DNA from: Polymyxa betae A26-41
Lineage: Eukaryota; Protista; Endomyxa: Phytomyxea
Length of the DNA: 64,000 nucleotides
NCBI GenBank assembly: GCA_003693705.1
Contig: RBZT01000312.1
Span: forward strand, 1-64,000
Direction: 5' to 3'
Shown in pieces: positions 13,114 to 25,400 of the stretch (position 1 is the stretch's first letter; each line of letters begins with the position of its first letter). A model generated the notes under the pieces. It ran no database searches. It worked only from the letters and a program-made list of their open reading frames with translations, and was not told where the DNA came from. The translations under genes were made by a program, and so were the position numbers.

Positions 13114-14711
13114 ATGGGCCGGGGAGGCGCAATGATCGGAAAAACAACGAAAGGCACGGGCGGGCCGGAAGTCGACGCCCTCGATAACGACCACGGTCCC
13201 GATCCACCTGAGAATGCTGCACGTCCTCGAAACAATCTCGAGCCCGACCCCCGGCAGCGAATTCTGGTCATGCGGCAGCAGGCCGAAAAACGGCGTCGTG
13301 AGATGTTGTCGTCCGTCGCCAACGATGCCCCTGATTGCAAAACCGCAACCCAAACGATAAGCTACAGGAATCGAATCGCCTTGCGGCAAGAGAAACCCAT
13401 CGATCTGAAGGGTGACGCTGCTCAAGTCGCGATCGATTTGCTGACAGCGACGCAATCGGGTGCTAAGACGATATCAGCGACCGAGAATATCATTGAAGAC
13501 CGTTCCGAGCAGATAGATCGAGCTCGTAAATCGCACTCGATTGCAATCGACGCCTTATCACAGCTCTTCCATCGATCGCTAAACGATCGGGTGGCGTTCG
13601 GCATGGGCGAGGCTCAGCGAATCGAGCAGGTGCTGACCAGCAGCCAGACGACATTGGTTCGGGCGCATCGAGACAGCATCCATCCGGTGCAGGCCAGCAT
13701 GCATCAGAGCAGGGTCGAGATCGACGTTTCTATCGATGATTGCGATCAGAGCTTTCAGGCAGCTAAAGAGTCGCTGCGTAACAAATATCTGGAGAAAGTG
13801 AATAATATGCAGGTTTGGATGGGAGGTCAACAAGCTTACTAACCTGGATCTGTCCGACACTGAATGCAAGCGCAGGATTCATTGACAATATCGAGCAACT
13901 GTTTAGAGAGGAACATCAGCGATATGCGGATATGGCTGGAGATAGGTCGAAGGAATTCGAGGCGATGAGAACACGAGACGCGATGCTGGCCGCTGAGATC
14001 GACCAGCGATCAGGGCGGATAGGTTCTCTCCTGAGCTCTATCGAATACTGGCGAAACAAGCTTCATGAGGCCAATACGGAAAGCACCAAGCGGTACGAGG
14101 CTAATGATGACCGCCTTTCGCTGAATTCTGCTATCAGGAACGCCATCCTCCGAGAAGAGCGAAATCGAGTGGCGGCCGAATACACGACCATGAAGATGGC
14201 CCAGGCTAGGAAGAACGCAGCGGCTTTGCTGTCCTGCAAAGAGCTTTCGAGACGTTTCCAGAACGTCGATCGGCAACTGCAACGAGCGCTGCAACAATCG
14301 CAGAGAATTCTCACAATGGCGTATCATACTTCAAGAGCTCCAGCACCGTATTTGCCCAGCTGGGTTCCTCACCAGAACGCAGACGAGCGCGACCGGGGAG
14401 AATGCAGACCGCTTTCCGATTCATTGCATAACAGGAAAGCTCAACTGTCCTTGCTCAATCGTATGCTGATCCAGAAAAGGCAAGATCTGGTCAAAGAGGG
14501 CGCCCAACTAAGATCGACTCTGACACGACTCATTGAAGAAACAACGGTTTCGACTGGGTACGTTGACAAGCGAAACAATCTTCTGATTATTAACGGGAGA
14601 TCAAATCTGATTGAGACGCCACGTTATCTTCCAACTCCAAGACCTGTTGGTGAAGCGGCCGATCTGGCTCGAACGCAACGATTATTGCATCGTATAAGAC
14701 CATGTTGTTAG
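13114..14711 (+). CDS. CCDC65: Dynein regulatory complex subunit 2-like coiled-coil protein
   Basis: Long coiled coil; C-terminal LVKEGAQLRSTLTRLIEETTVS..VDKRNNLLIING resembles the DRC2 ENxxLRxxLxxYLxGIxV...NxLxxxN motif. Confidence 0.6.
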
Positions 14712-14920
14712 CTGATGGGAATCACGTCCGAAACTGAAGACGTTTCGCGATTCGGGAGAACATTCCGATTCCTCGCAGACACCACAAAAGATTGGCAGTA
14801 TAGACCTGCTGAAATAAGCGATTATTACAGCAAGCTACTCCTTACTAGAGAGTAGCGAGTGCAAGCGACACTCCTAATACTGAGGGCGATATCGCCATAA
14901 TTTAATATGACAACGTCAAT

Positions 14921-16470
14921 TTATTTCTTCTTTCCAGGGTTCGGTGTGTTAAACTGGAAGTAGATAATATCTCCATCTTGGACAATGTACTGCTTTCCCT
15001 CAATGCGATACTTTCCGGCAGCTTTGACTTTCGCCATGCCGCTCTTATCACCACCGGACAGCTTCTTGAAGTCCTAAAGCACAGGTCAGCCATCACGACC
15101 GCAAACTGTAGAATTCAACACCGACATCATAGCTACAAACTTCAGCCTTAATGAATCCTTTCTCGATATCCGAATGGATGGCACCAGCTGCCTGAGGTGC
15201 GGTGGTACCTTTGGAAACCGTCCAGCAACGAACTGGTTACAACAATCAGCACCGGAACCAACCCGTTCATGCAAAAGTCACCTTCGGTATTGCCAGCTGT
15301 AAAGAAGTACATCAACTGCAGCTCACTATAGCCAGCCTTAATAATCTTGGGAACAGCCGAATCAACACCGACGGCGCCGAGTTCATCCAGGTACGCCTGC
15401 TTAGCAGCAGCATCCTGACAGTCGGCCAGATCCTGCTCGAAATCAACCGAGAACGGAATCATAACGCCGGGATGATGAGAGTCAATCCATTGCTTGATCT
15501 TCGGCAGCCATTTGTTCTTCTTACGAACATAGTCCTTCTTGCTCAAGTTAATCAGATATACAACGGGCTTCAGCGTGATCGCCTGCGGAATGAGCTCGTT
15601 GATCTTTTCGATTTCGACCGGCGTCCAATCGTGGCTGGCGAGACCCTTCGTCTCGTTCAGAAGCTCTTCGGCTTTGTCCATGACGGTGAAGAAAGCCGGC
15701 GGCAACTTGGCATTCGGCGTCCGCTTGACATCCTTTTCCTTCAGAGCACGCTGGGTCTGAACGTAGGCCAGATCCTTCTTGCACAGCTCGCCCAAGATCG
15801 TGTCGAGATCGCGGACCGGGTCGACACTCTCATCGACGTGGGTCACTTCCGGGTTGTCAAATGTTCGGATCAGATGGAAGATGCCATCGACAGCTTGAAT
15901 ATGGGATAAGAAAGCATTGCCGAGACCGGCGCCTTCGGAGGCACCACGAATCAAGCCGGCAATATCGGTGACGAAAAGAAAAGCTGGATAACAGGACGGC
16001 GGGTTCCAGACCTTGCACAGCCAATCATCTAGAGCATGGAATGAGAGACAAGAAAGGCCAATGCGAGTGAAATACATCGTTCATCAGGGACGGGGCAGCG
16101 AGCCTGGCATGGATCGATCTGTAGGAAAACGCATTCTCAGTACTGAAAGAAAAAATCAAATTACCCAAAAGGCGGCTACCGTGCAGAATGGGAAATCTAT
16201 TGAGAGACAATCAGTATTTAAACACACAAATGTGACCACCATTATGGCGATGAAACGTGGTATTACTTTCAGTTCGCTGCGTCTGCTGCGTTAACAGGTT
16301 GAAAAGCGAGCTCTTGCCGACGTTCGGCAAACCGACCAGACCCATCTTTAGGTTCGATTCTAGATCGCATCAGATCAATTTGGCGGCCCCGAGAACACAG
16401 CCTGCGGTCACTCACTGACGCGACCGAAGCGCTGTGGAGCGGCAACAACGGCCTGCTTCTTAGGCGGCAT
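14921..16470 (-). CDS. OLA1: Obg-like ATPase 1 / YchF, multi-exon
   Basis: Spliced MPPKKQ...[17 protein letters not shown]...ENFPFCTIDP...[23 protein letters not shown]...YFFTAG...[26 protein letters not shown]. Confidence 0.96.
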
Positions 16471-16752
16471 GGTGGAAAAGCGACAGCGAAGCAGTCGTCG
16501 GAAGACAATGGAGACCAGTTTGTAGAAATCTCGAGATGTAGGCGCGGACTTGCGACGTTTGCGCAGTCGTGTCGCCGCTAATTGTGTGGAGCACAGATTT
16601 GTGGTAGCATCATCCTCAGTTGCAGTTTGCCAGCTATTGGACGCTGGATCTTTCGATGTACGAGAATGGTTCCACTACAAGTTTGCGTTCTGGTTGGAAA
16701 ACTGTCAAGAAACTCGAAAGTGATGTAGTATTTATGTCAGATCAAAGCGAAG

Positions 16753-17562
16753 TTATTTTTGCCCTTTCTTGCCTTTCTTTTTTGACGATTGCTTGTCACC
16801 TGTGCCCGTTGGACCGTTTACCAAGGTTTCGTCAGCATTGTTTTCTGCTGCATCTGGTTCCTTGATGTCGTTTGAGGCAGATTCTACTGCGTCGGTTATT
16901 TGTGAATTGACAGCAGTTGGGAAAGCTGCATCAGTAATCTGTGCATTGACAGCAGTTGGGAAAACTGCATCAGTTATTTGTGAATTGACAGCAGTTGGGA
17001 AAGCTGCATCAGTTATCTGTGAATTGACAGCAGTCGGGAAAGCCGCATCAGTTATCTGTGAATTGACAGCAGTTGGCAGGGCGTCGTCCGTAATTTGTGG
17101 ATTCACCACAGTTGGCATAGCAGCGTCAGCGAATTCGACTCCATTTGGTGATTCAGATGACGTCTTTGCAGGGTCTTTTTTGGGGCCTTGTTTAGCATTG
17201 CTCGATGTTGCCAAAGCGGTCGCCTTATCGCCATTAGCTGCAGGGGCATCTTTTGTCTTACCATTCGGTATGCGGTTATTGACTGGACTTGATGATGCCT
17301 CAGTACGGAGAAGATTGGCAGTACGTTCGGTTGCAGGTGGATTGGCTTGTGTCGGTTTGGAAGGACTTCCCATCCGATTCATTTCTGCTGCCAGAGCGGT
17401 TCTGGGGGCCAATAATTGGTCATTGCCATTTCTCGCCGGTGACGCCCTTCGACTGCTGGAGCACGATTTGCGACTGCCGCATTGTCGCTTATTGTGTTTG
17501 TACCAAAGGTATACACCCAAGGCAATGGCAGCTAAGGCCACGATCTTGGCCGAAGAACCCAT
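16753..17562 (-). CDS. N-terminally membrane-anchored low-complexity protein with 13-aa tandem repeats
   Basis: Intronless 269-aa ORF; hydrophobic signal-anchor IVALAAIALGVYLW followed by basic residues; basic C-terminus. Confidence 0.7.
   Translation of the reverse strand: MGSSAKIVALAAIALGVYLWYKHNKRQCGSRKSCSSSRRASPARNGNDQLLAPRTALAAEMNRMGSPSKPTQANPPATERTANLLRTEASSSPVNNRIPNGKTKDAPAANGDKATALATSSNAKQGPKKDPAKTSSESPNGVEFADAAMPTVVNPQITDDALPTAVNSQITDAAFPTAVNSQITDAAFPTAVNSQITDAVFPTAVNAQITDAAFPTAVNSQITDAVESASNDIKEPDAAENNADETLVNGPTGTGDKQSSKKKGKKGQK
16885..17130 (-). repeat. 39-bp coding tandem repeat, ~6.3 copies (TDAAFPTAVNSQI)
   Basis: Repeated unit tgtgaattgacagcagttgggaaagctgcatcagttat(c/t) on the + strand. 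Confidence 0.95.
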
Positions 17563-17945
17563 TGTTTAGATATATGACAGATGCAGACGGTTATTGCAAC
17601 TACCATCAAAAGGTAGAAACGTATCTACGGCGCAGCCCCAAGCATGCAACTCTTTTTTTAGCAGAAAATTCACATCATTTGATATTGATTCGAACTGGAT
17701 TCAGTTCAGGGTTGGTTCGTTCTTATCAGAGTTCTGATCTTGGGATACAGCCGAAGTTGAAACTGGATTTCATCGAAATGCTCGTATCCAGGGCCGTCGC
17801 AGCCAGCTGTCCGGTTGAACTTCGTTGATACTTTTCTCGTTCCATTCACTATCAATCAGCCTTCCTAGTTCCGGTCTTTGGAACCTACTGATTAATTTCG
17901 CTTGAACATAGTACGGTTAACTGATCGCAAATATATAACTTTGAT

Positions 17946-18917
17946 ATGGATAAGGTTGTAAATGAAGGATGCGATGACACAACGAAAGTTTCGCTAGGTA
18001 TTCTCTAGCTGTAAACTGGATGGTTTTAGTTACACATTGTTTCTACAGAACTTCAAACCAGTACCGAGTTAATCTCGAGGTTTGAATCCTTAGCCAAATC
18101 CTTCGAAGGTTTCGAAGATGCTCTGATCAGTCGTAAAGCAATTCGAAGCGATAGCAATGAACGTCGCATCCAGAAACTACTTCAGGATATCTCGGTTATT
18201 GAATCAAATGTAGTAAAAGAATCTCAAAGTCGACTATCAGCAATTAAGGTTTTAGAAGACGTATGTGTAGCTCTATGGCACGGTTAGCTATGCTCCTAAA
18301 TAATAGTGTTAGATGTTCAGTCTACAGCTTGATCAGATGAAGAAACGCTTCGAAGAACCAATTGCTGCTAGATTTTCAGAGCTTTCCGCGAGATTGGATT
18401 CCATTGCAAACGACATAAAAATTGTCGATGGCAAGGTATAGAATCTGGTGTTTGGGTTTGACGTTAACCTAGGCCTTTATAGGTAGAAGAAGATCGAGTT
18501 GCCTTCCCGAAACAAATTGAGCAAAGATCGCAAGCGCTGACGCTGGAACTAAAACGATTTAAGGAGCGATGCCAAGCTGAGAATACAGTTCGACAACAAC
18601 ATGAAAGGAAACTATTAGCTACTATTGATGACCACTGCCATACAGCTACCGAAAGGTTCAAAGTTCAGCGCTTTTCAATGGAACAGAAACAAATGGCATT
18701 GGACCATGAGATTGTCACAGAAAGAAGGATGCGTCAAAAGGATGCCGAATTGCTGTTAGAGCAGACGAAAGTAACTTTGCAAGAACTGAAAGCGAATTTG
18801 GAGCATTGCAACAAAGAACGAATCCGTTCGGTAAATGAAGTGACGCAAGCCATGACCCATTATGCTGCCGCCCTGCAAGACGGTGTGAATATCGTCTCGC
18901 AAGCTGTTGGATTGTGA
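17946..18917 (+). CDS. SF-assemblin / beta-giardin family striated fibre protein, 4 exons
   Basis: Spliced all-coiled-coil protein ending ERIRSVNEVTQAMTHYAAALQDGVNIVS, the typical SF-assemblin C-terminus. Confidence 0.8.
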
Positions 18918-19370
18918 CCAGTGTTCATACAAACCTGAACACTACAACACGGTTGCTAATGATATCTGCCTGCAGAAAGAATACTCTTCTGCAATTGGTT
19001 TTGTAATCTGATATTAAATACTTGCAATGCAGTCTCTGAAACAATCTCAAAATTACAAGTGTGGACATCTGCCCGATCATTGTTAGCAGTACTTCTTACA
19101 GGTTTTTATGTACAGGGATACAAGCACGATCTGTTTTACGGCCGAGGATTGCGTTATTGCAAGTCGCAAGATCATATTGTCGGTGTTAGTTAGCCCTGAG
19201 TCGTTAGCAAGGATCAAAGACGATATCCATATCGTTGAACACGAGAATTCGAATAAGCCAGCAGAGACCAGTCTACCATGTAGGATTACTTCCATAGGAA
19301 AGCATACAAGTGTGAAAAAGGCGCCACGCATAATAAATCATTAGTCATCGTTCATTAGCTAATAGCTATC

Positions 19371-20376
19371 ATGTCTGTTGACGCCGTCCCCTTCGTCAAT
19401 TGTCCCATCTCGATGAGAATCGCTGCCGTCGTCGGCATGACGACGGCTGCATTCTTTGCCCTGCGGCTTTTCCAGTTTATCTGGCTGTACTTTCTTCGTC
19501 CGCCAACGTCGTTCAAGGCTTACAATGCCAAAGATGGGAAATGGGCTTTGATTACCGGGGCGTCGAAAGGAATCGGTGCTGAATTTGCACGGTCTCTTGC
19601 TGCACGAGGCCTTAATGTTATGCTGGTGGCCCGATCTAAAGATGCTCTTCAGGAAGTGGCTAGCTCGATCAAAACTAAATACCCCAAATGCCAGACACAG
19701 ATTGTGACTGCTGATGCGATGGCTCCAGATGCAGTATCAATAATTGCAAAGGCGGCAAAGGACATTGACCTGTCTATATTGGTTAATAACGTTGGCGTAT
19801 CTGAAGATATTCCTGCCGAACTGTCTGATACTGATGATGGGTTAATTCGTCGTATGATTGACGTCAATATTACATTTACTACGTTACTGACCAAGGCCCT
19901 TATTCCCCAATTGAAAACATCTGGAAAGGCCCGCTCGGCGATAATTAACTTGAGTTCTATCTCAGCGTTAGCTCCTATTTCTCTGCATGGAGTCTATGCG
20001 GCATCGAAAAGCTACATCAATCACTGGTCGAAATGCCTTTCTGGTGAACTAGCTCCTTACAATATCGATGTATTGTCCAGGTAAGAAACTCACTTCATTT
20101 TATAAGTTGTATTTATCATACTTCAGCACTCCATTCTATGTGAAAACCGATATGAGCGGATTTAAGAGGACCAGTTTCATGGTGATCTCAGCGAAACAAG
20201 CGTCAGAGGATATTCTGAATAAGCTAGGAACTGGTTGCCTGTCAATTACTCCCTCATTTTCTCATTCTTTAATTGCGTTTGCCTTCCAGTTGCTCCCGGA
20301 AGACCTTATCGCTAAAGTCACAAGACAGAAGATGTTAGTAGCCCGCAAGAAATTGCTTGCTAAGAAGCACAAATAA
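19371..20376 (+). CDS. Very-long-chain 3-ketoacyl-CoA reductase / 17beta-HSD12-like SDR, 2 exons
   Basis: N-terminal TM, GKWALITGASKGIG, LVNNVG, YAASK catalytic motif, PFYVKTDMS, C-terminal KKHK ER-retrieval-like signal. Confidence 0.9.
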
Positions 20377-20602
20377 AACCACATTCGTTCTCCGCCTGAA
20401 TTTATTCTGTGTGACTGATCGAGGAACCCGTGCCCCCTATCACAAGGCTCGCGCCTGTCATAGAATTTCTACGAATCTTCGCAGATATGATGATTTGATA
20501 AATAACTGAAAGCCGACCTCCAGTCTTCCTCTAATATGATCAGCGACAAAACGCCTGGCACCTGATTCTTCAAGATTCGTTGGCTGACTCTGACCAGCAC
20601 TC

Positions 20603-21847
20603 ATGAACGTTATCTATCTGGGTATGATTTTTCCAGCCCTGTTCGGCCATCTGTTCGCCCAAGACCATTGGAACGGCGATATCGAACTGAAGCTGACCAA
20701 TCAAGAGGATTATACCTGGAGCGTTCGTTTGTATATCACAAACAAAGACGCTAGGGCTGCCGGGGGATTTCTCTTGAAGTTACGACTCAAGAATCCCAAT
20801 GGAAAGAGATTGACGCTCCAGACAGAAACCAATCTGGTTGTCGATTCATCTGGATCAGACTACGGTGTCTGGAATCTTCGTCCTCAGAATCCTTTCGGTC
20901 TGAGTGGATCTGCGGCAGTCTATTCAGGATCATCATTTAAGGTTCTGTTTGATCAGAAAGGGCCATTGTATGGCAACTGTATAGATCCTAACCTCTTCCA
21001 GCCTGAGGTCATTCTGTTCCAATCTGAATGCTCAGCCAAGACTTGCCCTTCCGTATGCGGTGATGGCGAATGCAGCGATGGAGAGTCCTGCACTAGCTGC
21101 CCCGCTGACTGTTTCAAAGCATCAAAGTGCTCTGACAATTGTGGCGATGGCGTCTGTTCTGGTGCAGAATCGGGTGGAACCTGCCCTTCTGACTGCGACG
21201 ATGTCACCTGCAAAGCTCCATTCCAATTTATTCTTGGATGGAACTTAAACACGACATTGTTGGCTGCTGGCGTCGTAGTAGCTGTTCTGTTTGCGTTGAT
21301 AACTGGTCTTTGTTTCAAGTATCGCAGCGAACGTCAGCAATTACTCACAGATGGTCCCGGAAAAGTCCCTCCCATAACGCTTCGTCGCGTTCCTGCCACA
21401 AGTGAATACGAGGACGAAGAGGAGAATATACAGCAAGACGTTTCGGTAGTTAAGCCTATCCCGGCTGTTGATATTTACGCTGAATACGATGAAGAAGCAG
21501 CACCTGAGCAGATTCCTATTGAATCGCGGCCGAATATCTTCAATGAAAGGCCATGGAAAGCAATGATCCATTCCGAAACCGAAATGACAGATTCAGCGGC
21601 TAGTCCTTCGGCTTCTGCTCAGTCTACGGAACTGGAATCGGCTTCGACATTGAGTTTAGGGATCGGCCATGTGGAATCAAGGGTCCCAGGATACCTTCAG
21701 GACATTCCTCCAATATCGCCAATGTTTAAACACGAAGGGCTGAGAAAGCGCTCACGGGCCAGCTCATTTACAATACGAGAAGCGGACGCTATGCAAATGA
21801 TAGAATCAACCCATGACCCAGAATCTCATATCGAATCTAAGATCTGA
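20603..21847 (+). CDS. Type I membrane protein with Cys-rich CGDGxC repeats
   Basis: Signal peptide, beta-rich ectodomain, two CGDGxCSxxESxxxCPxDC repeats, TM helix LLAAGVVVAVLFALITGLCF, acidic/Ser-rich tail; intronless. Confidence 0.8.
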   Translation: MNVIYLGMIFPALFGHLFAQDHWNGDIELKLTNQEDYTWSVRLYITNKDARAAGGFLLKLRLKNPNGKRLTLQTETNLVVDSSGSDYGVWNLRPQNPFGLSGSAAVYSGSSFKVLFDQKGPLYGNCIDPNLFQPEVILFQSECSAKTCPSVCGDGECSDGESCTSCPADCFKASKCSDNCGDGVCSGAESGGTCPSDCDDVTCKAPFQFILGWNLNTTLLAAGVVVAVLFALITGLCFKYRSERQQLLTDGPGKVPPITLRRVPATSEYEDEEENIQQDVSVVKPIPAVDIYAEYDEEAAPEQIPIESRPNIFNERPWKAMIHSETEMTDSAASPSASAQSTELESASTLSLGIGHVESRVPGYLQDIPPISPMFKHEGLRKRSRASSFTIREADAMQMIESTHDPESHIESKI

Positions 21848-22013
21848 GTGATTTCGGATCTGGCGTTGTAAGTGACATGCTTCGAGACGTGGTTAAACTC
21901 CTGCGTTCCTGTCTCAGCATTTCACAAATACATAATAAAACAGTATACGGTATTGTGCTGCGGTATAACGTATAATGTTGCGGCTTCAGATAATGATAAT
22001 ACTGAACGGAGGA

Positions 22014-22298
22014 TGAGCATTGAGGGCAATCAGTCTGCCTTCCAGACCAGGGCCTCGCGCTGCCACCGCCTTCTACCAGCGTATTGTCTATGAAATCCAC
22101 GTGGGATGTAACGACATGACTGTTGATGGGGTCGGTTGGGGTGACGACGAAATGAGAGCCTACACCCCACCTTCAGACCCCTACCACTGTTTGTCACTCT
22201 TCATAGCAATCTTCACAAGAAGACATCCTCGTCGTATCGTCTCTGGGCCGGCTGCCAACGTCTCCCCAAGAGAACTGCAATCTTGCAAGTCTCGCTCA
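22014..22298 (-). ncRNA. Candidate structured non-coding RNA (unclassified)
   Basis: Nested complementary segments across ~285 nt of intergenic DNA; mismatches become G-U pairs on the - strand. See findings. Confidence 0.3.
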
Positions 22299-22443
22299 GG
22301 TACAGTGACTAAACGGCGGTAATGTCTCAGGCATGTCACATTGAATCAATGTCAGCTGTGATATCAAGTCATAGAATCGTTCTGTTGGCCATTGCATTGG
22401 TATCTCTTCGATCGCCGTCACAGATTGTTCAAAGACATTTCAA

Positions 22444-25400
22444 ATGTCGCGAGTGTTTGCTGACATTACGCAGAAGCATCGAGGCGAGATTGCAGAAACG
22501 GATTCGACTGCGTCCAGCCCAAAATTGAGAAGGCTGAATGTCGCCTCGTCAGTATTATTGAACGATTCTATTTCCCAGGCTAAAACTTTTTTGCAGGAGA
22601 AAGATTTCCCGCGAGATCCGCATAGCAGTACTTGCACACGATGCAGTTGCACTGAGAGCCGCCCTGAAAGCAGCTGAGGAGCTTGATATGGATAGTCACT
22701 TAATCAAAGCTGCTCGTGCAAGCTTGGTGGATATGGAAAGCAATGTGAACGATGAGAACTTAGCTCCTGGATATGATGCAAACATCGGCGTTAAGGAAGT
22801 ACTTATAGCGACTGCACCTGAAGAAAAGACAATTAAAACCAAACCTGGAGAGAATAATGTGGATTCTTTATCGGAAAAGTTACCAGAAAGTAGCAGCAAA
22901 ACGAGTTTCGAATCGAACTCGGATTCGGTAAGAATCCATGTTGAACATTCTATCCATTTTTTGAGAAACCAACAGGATGGCTTCTTCCGCACTAACGACT
23001 TCGAAAACCTAAAATCTCCAGAGGGTGAAAAGGATCTCCTTCCGAACGAACCGATCGCATATAGCGTCAACTTTCCACCACATCCGCTCTTCGAAGATAA
23101 GAAGAACGTAGCCCTCATCAATCGGGTTATTGAAGGAAAACCTAACGAAGAAGGCTTGCCTGTGGAGATCGATCGCTATAGAACTTTTCTTCAACCTGCA
23201 CTTTCTGAACGGATTGCTCGTATCAAATTAGAATCAGCCAAGATTGATGTCTGCTGCAAAGATTTCTGCATGTACTGAAGCTTTCTTGAAGTACCTCACG
23301 TCTGTCTAAGGGCTATCTTTAGGTTTTTGAAACTCCAGCATTCTGCAAAGGAGAAATCTACAGAGGCGCTTGTCGAGTTTGCTGATGAAATTACCAGTAT
23401 GGGAATGTCAAAGTCGGAAATGTCCCTTGAAGCTCCTTGGTATGGCAGCTACAGGCACTGATTGATTGGAAACCAAAATTTGCTTCAGGATGCTGATCCA
23501 AGGACAGATTCTGGGACGTGTCAATAAGTATAGGGAATCACTCATCAATATACGAAAAGTAGATATTATTCGGGAGTCATACAATAGCGATTGAATGCAT
23601 TTCAGGACCTAATCGTTCCGGTTGCTACCTCCATTCCTGCAATGGAAATTGAAATTCGATCATTATTTGAAGAAATGGCCTTCTTGGAGATGGAATGTAG
23701 TAAAGCTATGATGGAATTGGAAAGAACGAATAAGCAAGAATCCAAAGTGAGCGCTTTTCATTCTCTATTGTTGTACTGAGCAGTGTGAAAGGTTTTTAGT
23801 TGCAGTAAAGACGATACTGATTGCATAGAACCAGTTGCAATTCGAGAAACCAGACGCCTTTCTGGGATTGGCATAACAGTTCGAGAACCTCGTCGACTTT
23901 CTGGTATTGGAGTCGCAATGCTTCGACGTCCATCAGTTGCGAGCCAATCCGATGGTGAATATTTTTCCCAGTATGAGAACGCCTGTGCGAAAATCGAAGC
24001 CGAAGTTACTCTCAAAAGAACGTTCTCTGAGTATAATCGTCGGGTTCCAGAGGTAATATGACTGGAATATGTTTGGATTCCCATATACCGAACTTGCCAT
24101 AGATCATTGAAAGAATATTACTGCTCAATACTCAGCGGGTTCAGTTGATAAAGAATATACTTGCAAATGTTGCCACAGCAACCCGTCGGCAGTTAGAGGA
24201 AGAGGTACGGCGAGAAAACACGCCGGTTTCTTCCTGTTTATCTTTTTCATAGCTCTCGGAACAGAGCAGTCTGGTGGGAATTATAGAGCTTATTGACTCA
24301 GAGAAAGATCTTCTAAATCTTCGCACTTTGACTGAAATGAAGAATCTTTTCTCTGAAAATCATCCTGGTTCTTCTAAATCACTGAACACTGGAAAAAGTT
24401 CAGATGAGCAGTTCTCTGATCCAAGTCGTGAGCGCTCATTTGCTGTGGATTTATGGTCTGGGAACGGAATTGATGTTGTTTTAGAGCACGTAAGAGCCTT
24501 GTTAGATTCATTTCTCTTCTCAAGTTTCAATGATAGGTTCTGAGCAGCAAACAGTCTATATGCAGTCTTCATCAACTGATTTCTTCGCTAGCTCAAATTC
24601 TTCAGCAGCGATCCGACCTTCTGTCAAAAAGCGTTAAATTTGTTCAGGCTCAAGTCAATAATGAACAGGCACGAATTGGAGATCTTCAATGGCAAGCTTT
24701 TCAGACTTTAATCAATGCTACGCGGGTAAGATTCGTGATTGTGCTTACAGCACTGATAACATTTTTTTTTTAAGATCCAAGCTGCAAGCTATGATTCGTG
24801 TGCGACTTGCTTGAGGCAAGCATCGGCTGAGCTTCGAATTCAAAAAGTAAGCATTTCTGTGTGTTTGAATAAGGTCTTCGATTCACAGTACGATTCAGCA
24901 ATTGCTGAAATCAATTCATCGCACTATAAGTGAAGGACGGGCTCGAAGCTCAAAGGAGTTCAATGCTTCAATAGCGGTTTGTGCATCTAACTATTTGTAG
25001 TTAATAATATTAATTCAAATTGTAGCACGAAGCTAAGTGTAAAGATTTGAGGGACAGACTTGAGCTAGAGCTTTCCCATTCGCAGAAACTGGTGCTAGAA
25101 AACTCTTCAAGTTATAAGAACTGTCCAAACCAAGGGCAACTAGATGCTTTGCTTAATAAGGTGGAAAGAGACGAAAAAGCCTTCCGGCAAGCTGATCTTG
25201 CATTTCGTAATGCTCAGCATTCTATCCAGGCAAATTTGCTTTTATCAACGATTTCCAGGCTTATCGTGTTCGTAGGCAACACGAGAAACGCAGGCCATTA
25301 TGCAGTGTCAATTTTTGTCAAAGTTGCAGTCGGCTGAGGAATCTCGTTTGCAATCTTGTGCCAAAGCTTTCCGGACACTAGGATATGGTGTTCGCGATCT

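Noticed and set aside
15202-15909. 235-aa + strand ORF
   Set aside because: Antisense shadow of the GC-biased OLA1 exon.
16885-17130. Repeat array as a CRISPR
   Set aside because: Head-to-tail 39-bp units with no unique spacers, in frame within a CDS, and no cas genes.
16769-17569. 266-aa + strand ORF antisense to the repeat protein
   Set aside because: Shadow frame of a low-complexity repeat gene; the - strand ORF has a coherent signal anchor.
19083-19344. Short ORFs between SF-assemblin and the SDR gene
   Set aside because: No recognisable motif or confident exon chain.
22014-22298. Assignment as SRP, RNase P/MRP, U1 or telomerase RNA
   Set aside because: No convincing SRP helix-8 motif, correctly placed CR-I/CR-V, ACUUACCUG or CUAAACCCU template; left unclassified.
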